A DNA stretch of 63,398 nucleotides, the filler included, from Octopus bimaculoides (taxonomy: Eukaryota): NCBI RefSeq assembly GCF_001194135.2. It is 7 parts of 5 records of this genome, joined end to end, with 100 filler letters (N's around TTAATTAATTAA, not from the genome) between each part and the next. Parts side by side here need not be neighbours in the genome. Positions count along the whole stretch, not along the records: positions 50,783 to 54,413 come from NC_068997.1; positions 54,514 to 58,509 come from NC_068983.1; positions 58,610 to 63,398 come from NC_068987.1; 4 more parts are not named here. One strand, written 5' to 3'. The position numbers and the translations under genes were made by a program. This document shows, piece after piece, positions 53,858-63,398 of the stretch (positions are counted from its first letter, which is position 1; each line of letters starts with the position of its first letter). The notes beneath the pieces are model-generated. The model had not been told where the DNA came from, ran no database searches, and saw nothing but the letters and a program-made list of their open reading frames with translations.

Positions 53858-54622
53858 GTCTATCTGTCTATCTACCTATCTGTCTCTCTATCTACCTATC
53901 TGTCTCTCTATCTACCTATCTGTCTATCTATGTACGGGTGGTGTGCGTATTCTTTACCTTCCCCCATAGTTGCATATCTCCCACGCAACATACACTGTGA
54001 ACTAACATCTTTTAGTTTCTTGTGTGTTATAGCAACGAAACACTAAAAGCATTTAATGATAACGTAGGCTATACAGTCAGATACCTTGTAATATTGTGAC
54101 GCTGTAGCTCACACAAAACCAGATTCGGTATAATACTTACAATATCCGCTTATAAAGAGACGCTGGGTAGATGACTTCGCCCTCGCCATTGTAGTGCCTC
54201 AGATTTAACCTATCTATGCCATGCTTTCCTCCTCGCCAGTGAATCGGTTAACTCGGCCACTTATAATCCTACTAAGACAGCTCTGGATAGGTAGATTGAA
54301 CTCACAGTTCTTAGATCGAACTTATTCAATTCTATGCAGGTCCAGTGATAAGCAATGGGTCCAAATCAAAAGGCTCTGCGTGTGTGTGTGTATATATATA
54401 CGTACGTTACGTANNNNNNNNNNNNNNNNNNNNNNNNNNNNNNNNNNNNNNNNNNNNTTAATTAATTAANNNNNNNNNNNNNNNNNNNNNNNNNNNNNNN
54501 NNNNNNNNNNNNNATCTATAAATTGATAGATAGACAGATATATAGAATGATGGATAGATAACTGGCTGCTTCAGAATGAGATAGTGTATAGCTGTCTAAC
54601 AATCAATCAGTCAATCTATCTA

Positions 54623-54653
<31 letters not shown>

Positions 54654-54705
54654 GTCTGTCTCTCTGTCTGTCTTTCTGTCTGTCTGTCTATCTGTCTATC
54701 TATCC

Positions 54706-54768
<63 letters not shown>

Positions 54769-54790
54769 AATCTATCTATCTGTTTACATA
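53785..54790. repeat. (TATC)n/(TCTG)n tetranucleotide satellites (53785-53930 and 54600-54790), representative of dozens of (CA)n, (TA)n, (GA)n and (TATG)n tracts in the window
   Basis: Directly visible; most N gaps are flanked by such tracts. Confidence 0.95.
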
Positions 54791-55229
54791 CCTGTTTGAC
54801 TGTCACTCTATTTGTCTGTCAATCTAGATGGATGGATAGATCAACAGACAAATGGACAGATAGACAGAGAGACATATAGATAGAAAGATAGACAGATAGC
54901 AACTTGTTTCTAAACGAGTTTGTGATAAATTTTGTAAGGCAGTCAATGGATAGGTAGATTGCTTTGCTGTAATTGTTCTAGTTATCAGTGCTATGAGCTT
55001 AGATTCTATCAAAATTTGCTTTGCCTTTCACCCTTTCAGGGTCGATAAATAAAATCTATCAATTAGTCCTGTACTGTACTGGAGTTGAATCTTCTTATTC
55101 TCTCACTCTTTACCTTCTCTCTGTCTGTCTCTTTCCCTGGAATAAATAATGTGATAGATTGGCTGTGACACATCTAAAAATCCCCAAAACATGCTGGATG
55201 TCACAAAGGTAGATATATATTACTCTTTT

Positions 55230-55430
55230 ACTATTTTATTTGTTTCAGTCATTTGATTGCTGCCTTTAGTCAGACAAACTGACCCCAGGACTTATCCTTT
55301 GTAAGCCTAGTACTTATTCTATCGGTCTCTTTGGCCAAACTGCTATGTTACGGGGGACATAAACACACCAGCATCGGTTCTCAAGCAATGGTGGGGGACA
55401 AAAACAGACATAAAAACATATACATGATAG
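55230..55430 (-). repeat. SINE family B, 3' half
   Basis: Reverse complement of the family B tail (cttatcctttgtaagcctagtacttattctatcggtctc). Confidence 0.75.
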
Positions 55431-55480
55431 ATCGCTAACCATGACACACATTTTTTCTTTCCTTGTTTCTTTCTGTGTTC

Positions 55481-55516
55481 CTTTCTGTGGAAGAGCGTAG
55501 GCTCGAAACGTTAAAG
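55481..55516 (+). ncRNA. Minimal type-I hammerhead-like motif (Penelope pLTR type), core-mutated
   Basis: CUUU-CUGUGGA-A-GAGC-GUAG-GCUC-GAAA-CG-UU-AAAG: stem I CUUU/AAAG, stem II GAGC/GCUC, palindromic stem III (AACGUU), A6 replaced by U. Confidence 0.5.
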
Positions 55517-56369
55517 ACTTTTTCAATTCCCGAGCATTATACTAATACATCTATTTGTTTTCTACACCACCTGTCTTCGTCTGTTATTTGTTGTGAATTC
55601 TCCCTATATATAAGCAACAACAAAACATCTGGACGTTTAGATAATACAAAAAAAGGACAGGAAAGAACAAGGATGAGTTATTCAGAGCTTTCTATCATCA
55701 GTCGAGTTCCAGATTATCTCAGCAGTTTTGGCCAGTTACACTCGAGATTGCTCCAATCTGGCCAGCCCCAAGAAAATCTAAGCCAAGAACACTAGATTTC
55801 TTGGAAGAAAGCAAGTGAATGTATACGAAAACAAGGTTAAAAAAATAGAGAAATCGTATACAATTACAAAAACAAACAACAGGTATCTTTCGATGAAGGA
55901 CAAATTAGATTAAGCAGGCATGTGTGGAAGTGATACATGTGTGCGTGTGCATGTGTGTGGATATGTGTATGAGTACGTACATGCACATATATGCTTGTGT
56001 GTGTATGGGCATTTACATATACATGTTTGTGTGAGTGTGTACGTATGTAGACATTTTGAACACATTAGGTTTTATATTTATGTATTGTGAGAATATGGTA
56101 GCACGTATTTTTTATCTTTTATATTTTTTCCTACCTATTAGAGTAACTTCCCTTTTATTCAATGGTTTTTATAGCGTCTATTGCCATTAGTAGCCAATGA
56201 GAATGCATTGTAGTTCTGAGCTCCGGCATTTGAAACTCTGAGTACTGTTATAAAATCTTACTGATTATCCTAAACTATTTATATATAAATATCTATTTAC
56301 CTAATATCAAGGTCTCATTCTTTCGTTGTCAATTTTTTTTATTATTATATATTCTTTTATTCTTTTACC

Positions 56370-56580
56370 CATTTCAGTCATTTGACTGCGGCCATACTAG
56401 AGCACTGCCTTTAGTCGAACGAATCAACCTCAGGATTTATTCTTTGTAAGCCTAGTACTTATTCTATTGGTTACTTTTGCTGAACCGCTAAGTTACAGGG
56501 ACATCAAAACACCAACATTGGTTGTCAAGTGATGGTGGTGGGACAAACACAGACACACAAACATATACATATATATATAT
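56370..56580 (-). repeat. SINE family B, 3' half, ending in (TA)n at a gap
   Basis: Reverse complement of the family B tail. Confidence 0.75.
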
Positions 56581-57221
56581 NNNNNNNNNNNNNNNNNNNN
56601 NNNNNNNNNNNNNNNNNNNNNNNNNNNNNNNNNNNNNNNNNNNNNNNNNNNNNNNNNNNNNNNNNNNNNNNNNNNNNNNNNNNNNNNNNNNNNNNNNNNN
56701 NNNNNNNNNNNNNNNNNNNNNNNNNNNNNNNNNNNNNNNNNNNNNNNNNNNNNNNNNNNNNNNNNNNNNNNNNNNNNNNNNNNNNNNNNNNNNNNNNNNN
56801 NNNNNNNNNNNNNNNNNNNNNNNNNNNNNNNNNNNNNNNNNNNNNNNNNNNNNNNNNNNNNNNNNNNNNNNNNNNNNNNNNNNNNNNNNNNNNNNNNNNN
56901 NNNNNNNNNNNNNNNNNNNNNNNNNNNNNNNNNNNNNNNNNNNNNNNNNNNNNNNNNNNNNNNNNNNNNNNNNNNNNNNNNNNNNNNNNNNNNNNNNNNN
57001 NNNNNNNNNNNNNNNNNNNNNNNNNNNNNNNNNNNNNNNNNNNNNNNNNNNNNNNNNNNNNNNNNNNNNNNNNNNNNNNNNNNNNNNNNNNNNNNNNNNN
57101 NNNNNNNNNNNNNNNNNNNNNNNNNNNNNNNNNNNNNNNNNNNNNNNNNNNNNNNNNNNNNNNNNNNNNNNNNNNNNNNNNNNNNNNNNNNNNNNNNNNN
57201 NNNNNNNNNNNNNNNNNNNNN

Positions 57222-58050
57222 CAGCAATTGGATTCTTACACACTTTAAAAGCTCCTGATTTCTTATTTTTGTTAGAAGTATTCAGTGATATTTTTTTTCT
57301 TTTACTGACGTCTTATTTAACATCCTCCAGAGTAAAAGTCATGACATAGTGTGTTGTAAAGAGCAAATAGATAAAACTAGAACTGTACTCGAAAAGTTGA
57401 TAATTTTAAAATCTTTTATGATATGTTAGGGGGAAAATATGGAGTCGATGCAGGAATCGGAATTCAGAGATCCAAGAATATATCCATTGAGCCCCAACGA
57501 CATTATAGAATGCTTTATAACAAAATTTGACCAATAGTTGACCAAATGAAAGCACGATATTCATCCTTAGAAGAGTTTAAATTTACGGAACTTTTGAATT
57601 CCAACAAAGTTGATGAGTATTGCAAACAATTTCCTGTGGACTCTTTAGATTCTTTAAAAATCACTTATGGCAGATTTTTTGATGTAATATGATTACAAAG
57701 TGAGCTCATTGTGATGTATTCAATGAAAGATTTTTAAAATGCGAACTGTAAGTTATTTAATGAGTTACATTTACAGCAGTGATCTTGTTGAGGCTATGCC
57801 AGAACTCTTCAATCAGTGCAAGTTGATTTTGATAATTCCGTCTACCACTGCTTCTGTAGAGCGATCCTTTTCTGCATTAAGTAGAATCAAAACATACCAA
57901 AGAAATGCGACAGGAGAAAGAAGACTGTCTGGGTTAGCACTAATGTCAATTGAAAAAGATTTATTACAACAATTGATGAAAAGAGAAGATTTCTAATGAA
58001 AATATGATAGATATATTTGCCCAGAAAGATCGAAGAAATAAATTAATTTA
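57222..58050 (+). mobile_element. hAT-superfamily transposase C-terminal relic (dimerisation domain)
   Basis: MPELFNQCKLILIIPSTTASVERSFSALSRIKTYQRNATGERRLSGLALMSIEK matches the hATC dimerisation motif; upstream frames are broken by stops and frameshifts. Confidence 0.85.
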
Positions 58051-58616
58051 GAAATTAGGTAAATAACATTTTAGAACATTAAAAAAAAAATTATATATTT
58101 AAGGGCACATATTGCAGGTTTTGGTTAGTGTTTGTTATAACGTAAGGTTCGACCTTCTTACATCAGTATTGTTTGGCAGGAGAAATGGTTCGACTTCTTC
58201 GTCACATATAACCTACATAGGTTTTCCTTTCTGTGCTGCTGAGTGTAGTCTATTTACGGCGCTAAATAAGTGTCTTGTTTCACTTTCAATAAGTGTCTTG
58301 TTTCAATCTCAGAGATGTTGACTTCTGTCACAACAGTTTTTTTGGGGGCTTTTTAAAATGTTGAATTTTCGCTGTCTTTCATTGTGTGTGTATTCATGTA
58401 TATGCGAATTCCTACCTTTAACAGAGATTCCGAATATGCAAAAATATTAACAGAATCGAATTTCATCTTTATTACTTTTCACTTATGATTTTAAGACATT
58501 TTTTAAGGGNNNNNNNNNNNNNNNNNNNNNNNNNNNNNNNNNNNNNNNNNNNNTTAATTAATTAANNNNNNNNNNNNNNNNNNNNNNNNNNNNNNNNNNN
58601 NNNNNNNNNTCACAGT

Positions 58617-59162
58617 GTGATGTTTGTTGATGCTACACCGAAGAGCATATTAAGTAAGGCATTCAAGAAAATCCTGCACGCAACTGGCCTTAAGATCAAA
58701 GTTGTAGAAAAGACAGGTAGGACTATCAAATCTGAGTTATGTAAATCATATCCGTTTGATAGAATCATCTGTCAAAATAATTGTGCAGTATGTTCTACAA
58801 ACCCACACGTGAACTGCAAAACCAAGAACACTGTATACCAAATTAAGTGCCAAGAAGGAGCTTGCGCGACTAACTCAGAGTCATACGTTGGTGAGACTTC
58901 TAGGAGTATCAATGATAGGTTCAAAGAACACCTGGACAACTACATTGAAAAAAAACCTAACTCCATCTTCTATCAGCATGCTGTAGACTACCACAAGGGC
59001 TCCTTAGTGAGTCTTAAATTAAACATCTTGTCCAAACATCCCACTGATGCAAGGCTGAGACAGGTCACTGAAGCTGTCTGTATACAGGAGTACAAACCCT
59101 CTCTCAACCGTAAATCCGAGTGGGGTAACATCCAGATTCCACACGGGAATACACCTCTATAG
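58617..59162 (+). mobile_element. Penelope-like element 3' ORF with Cys-rich linker and uninterrupted GIY-YIG endonuclease
   Basis: CQNNCAVC...VNCKTKNTVYQIKC...SYVGETSRSINDRFKEH...HAVDYH...RQVTEAVCIQEYKPSLNRKSEW; the 5' part is lost at the gap. Confidence 0.9.
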
Positions 59163-60306
59163 TCACCCTTCTTTCTCTTTTACACGTGGAATTCCTTTTC
59201 ATACATACATGTTGAGATGCATAATACATACATATATGTTATTATATATAACCGTATGAGCGTATATAGTTTGATATGTGTGTGCGTGTGTGTAGATGTA
59301 TGTGTGTGTGCACATGTGTGTATGTGTGTGTGCACATGTGTGTATGTTTGTGTGCACATGTGTGTATGTGTTGTGCGTTGTGTATGTGACTTTGAGTGTG
59401 TGCATGCATGGGCGTATGAGTATGTGTAGATACATCTATGTGTGGTATGTTTATGGAGGGGAAAAAATGCATATTTGAATTTTAACCGTTATTCTTGAAT
59501 TAGTGTCATACATATTTGGATTTATGTATGTGTGTATGTGTGTGTGTATATATATGTATAGGTGTAGTGATGGTTAAGCGTATATGCGTGTATACTTTAA
59601 GATATGTATATTTGTGAGCGTGTGTGAGTGTCAATATGATTGTGTATACTTGTTTATATATGTATAAGTAAGGTTATATATGTACATATATGTATCTAAG
59701 ACGTATCAATTCACCGTTAGACGATGGTGAGAGGGGCAAACGCACATACACACATATATGCGTGTGCGTATTTACATATGTGTATATGCATATGTATATA
59801 TGTGCGTATATACAACCTTCAACAAAGTAACTGTCATATATNNNNNNNNNNNNNNNNNNNNNNNNNNNNNNNNNNNNNNNNNNNNNNNNNNNNNNNNNNN
59901 NNNNNNNNNNNNNNNNNNNNNNNNNNNNNNNNNNNNNNNNNNNNNNNNNNNNNNNNNNNNNNNNNNNNNNNNNNNNNNNNNNNNNNNNNNNNNNNNNNNN
60001 NNNNNNNNNNNNNNNNNNNNNNNNNNNNNNNNNNNNNNNNNNNNNNNNNNNNNNNNNNNNNNNNNNNNNNNNNNNNNNNNNNNNNNNNNNNNNNNNNNNN
60101 NNNNNNNNNNNNNNNNNNNNNNNNNNNNNNNNNNNNNNNNNNNNNNNNNNNNNNNNNNNNNNNNNNNNNNNNNNNNNNNNNNNNNNNNNNNNNNNNNNNN
60201 NNNNNNNNNNNNNNNNNNNNNNNNNNNNNNNNNNNNNNNNNNNNNNNNNNNNNNNNNNNNNNNNNNNNNNNNNNNNNNNNNNNNNNNNNNNNNNNNNNNN
60301 NNNNNN

Positions 60307-60344
<38 letters not shown>

Positions 60345-62154
60345 GCATATGTATGTATGCATGCATATACATATGTATATACATATGTGATACATTGCGC
60401 ACGCATAACATTCCAAAGTCGGCCACTAAACGAGATTTATCTTCTGATTTCTCTCGGCTGATTATATTAATCACATGACGGATCGTATTGTTGACTGATT
60501 TTGTATGTACTCGCTTCAACGTGCAATTTACGCTACTAAATTCCTATGGTTTCTATCTTTGCATCTATCTTAATGCATTTACACTGTTTCTCGATCACAC
60601 ATACTTATAAGTTGCGTCGTTGACATTTTAGTCTTAAGCTCCCTCTGTCAACCATTTTCAATATATTAAATGAAAATGAATAAATAAATAAATAAATGAG
60701 ACAAAAGTCATTGTAAATTGAAGCAAAACCCGAGAAAGCAATGTAAAACAATCAATTAAAGCGATACAACTGCCTAATAAGCTTTATTCTATCGGAGTGT
60801 TTATCAATTAAACGAATTGTATTACAATATTTGTGAGTCATGTATATATTCTTGTATATACTTACTGAATAAAGGAACACTGATATGGGCGTTTGCCGGT
60901 GTAAATGTGTAATGTCTGTTGTTATATGTACGTAGATATAGAGATAAAGATTTTAACGGATTAATTTAATTCGTGTGAATATTGTTGCCAAAAAACACAC
61001 AAATTTAATTTTGAGGTTCACAAAGATGCGTAAAGAGAAAACTTAAGTGCTGTAGATACATTATTCAAATATATGTCACCTCTGATTTCGATGAAAATTT
61101 TGTCTTCAACATTGCAAAGGAAAAAACAGAAGACAAATTTTCGTAAAATATGTGAAATGCTTATAAGTCTGATCTTATGTAATTCCCTTTATTCGGAACT
61201 GCGACCAATTTGACCTTCATATTTGATTGTCCCTTTTTATATTATTCCAAATGCCCTATTAAGAATGGGTAATGTTGTTTTGAGTTGTCACGTTCGTCTG
61301 ATATCAATTTCCGTGTCATATTTACTCAGTCACTGAACTGCATTCACTAAAGTGTTTGCTTTTAACCGGGGCTGCAACATGCATCAAAAGACGTATCTTT
61401 TCAATAAGATTTTACAATGGCACGTGGTTAGTTAACCTGAATACCCCGATCAGGCTGAAAACTGAAATTCGAAATGAAAATGAATTATAGCACAGTATGT
61501 ATAGTCATACCGGCAGCGATACTTACGCGTACATACATAGCGGCAGCTAAATTACATGGAAAGCACAAACGATGTATAGAAGTAGTAATAAAGTACAGTA
61601 TCCACTCTCCAAGAATTGAGGAACTCATTTAAAAATTTTCAAAGAATAAAATGTCTAAAAATAAAAATTCAAAATAGAATGAAGCACGAAAAATGGTAAA
61701 ACAATTCTAGAAGAAATAATTTCTTAAAATTTCAAAAGTAATCAGACACCATTTTTCTTTTATCTGGATCCATGTATATGCAGGAAATGATATTTTAGAT
61801 GCAAAGTGTAAAAATATATTGAATGCTTTAGAAGACAAGAAAGAAAAGACATTAAAAATAAATGAATAAAAACATGAAAGGCATGCACAGATAAAGAGAG
61901 GCTAACACGCACAAGGAAGGATAGGCGCAGAAGGAAATTATATATATGTGTGCGTAGGGAGAATGAGGGAAGGAAGAAGAGAGATAGATTGGGGGAGATG
62001 GGGATCGGTCGATCGAAGACTGGTGTTTTAAAGCTAGTCTTGAAAGGTTACTTAACACCTGAATAATGCAAAACATCAAAACGAGATATTACTTTTAAGA
62101 ATTGCAGCTGTTGTTCGCATAATGTATAATTTTGCATGTGTGTATGTGTACACC

Positions 62155-62232
<78 letters not shown>

Positions 62233-63365
62233 GAGCGAAAGAGAGAGGGAGAGAGAATGAGAGAGAGGGATGTATATAATGTGTGTTATATGATGATTGT
62301 AAAACATTAAAATATTCTAGAAAAGAGACACAGGTATTAAGAATTTTATATCATATGTAAGATTATATTATTATGAACATCAATCGAATGGATATGTTAG
62401 GTATGTTTGACTAATCTTGTGATGAAAAGCTTTCATTCCTGTTAATGAAGAATCGTTTCCCTCACCACCACTACATGTTCAAATGTAATTTCAGTTTTCT
62501 AACTAGTAGGTGTTTAAGCTACTGTAAGGAGATGTGGCTGCTGTTTCTAGCGGCAAAATAGTCCAATATACAAACATACACAATTAAATCGCAGGGACAG
62601 AGGTATGAGTAACTAAATAGATTGTATCCATCAAAGAAAAGATGGCGCAGAGGATCAGCATAATTAGTCGAAGAGAGAGGAGAAATTTCATCGTAATCAA
62701 TGTTATTTTTATACGTTTATAAACACCACCATTTTCACATCTATATCATCTTTGCATTCAGCCCCGCCATCGCTATGAATACCATCTTTTGCTCCACCAT
62801 CATTTGAACATTTAACTCTGCATGTATATGCGTGTGTGAGTGTGTGTGTGTGTGTGCGTGTGTGTATGTGTGTGTGTGTATAGTTATTATGAAGATATAC
62901 GAGCCTCTTCTAGGGATAGTTTAATCCAAGATATATTATACTGAGAACATAATTCTTCAATAAATATATCATACAAATATCAAATATTATTATGTAATAA
63001 ATTAGAGAGACAATGGATATAAATTATTTTTTAATTAATTAGCATTGCCTACAATTCTTTCAATTTCTGTCTCAATACGAATTACAAAATATAGAATATG
63101 AAATAAATTTGCAATTTTTAAAGATTTTGAGTGAAATATCTTTAGGACAAAAAGGACATTACGGAATTTACGGATGAGTGAAGGCGAAAGTGAGACAAAT
63201 AGGAAGAGTCTGATCTTTTATAACATCAAGGACTGCGCCCTTGCCACGCAAGACAAAAGATTGACTGCAAAAGTGTCAAGAGTGGCACACCGATAACTTC
63301 CTGCAGCATCTAAGATTAATTGATGATGATAACTATATATGTGTGGGTGTGTATGCCTGTAGGTG

Positions 63366-63398
<33 letters not shown>

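Noticed and set aside
55670-55712. Additional CTGANGA strings (55694-55700 minus, ~18267, ~46959) as hammerhead candidates
   Set aside because: No properly placed GAAA or pairing stems; too degenerate to call.

Overview
Eukaryotic (animal) genomic DNA, AT-rich, gappy and repeat-dominated. The tRNA-headed SINE families and the microsatellite load point to an octopus (coleoid cephalopod) assembly; this is an inference, not a database match. The only host-gene signal I can support is one 157-nt exon (21412-21568, +) encoding part of the glycine-rich extracellular region of an ALK/LTK receptor tyrosine kinase, so much of the window is probably ALK intron. The rest is decayed mobile DNA: CR1-, RTE-, Tx1/L1- and R4/Dong-type LINEs, three Penelope-like fragments (RT and GIY-YIG), mariner and hAT transposase relics, a probable Gypsy integrase relic, three SINE families (several with target-site duplications), and long inverted repeats. 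The most interesting non-obvious signal is a set of type-I hammerhead-ribozyme-like folds, all carrying core substitutions, in both arms of one long inverted repeat and in other Penelope-type terminal sequences. Almost all ORFs in the supplied track are artefacts of N-runs or microsatellites. There is no CRISPR array, rRNA or prokaryote-like operon. Six 100-bp gaps containing TTAATTAATTAA are scaffolding linkers, so order and distance across them are uncertain.
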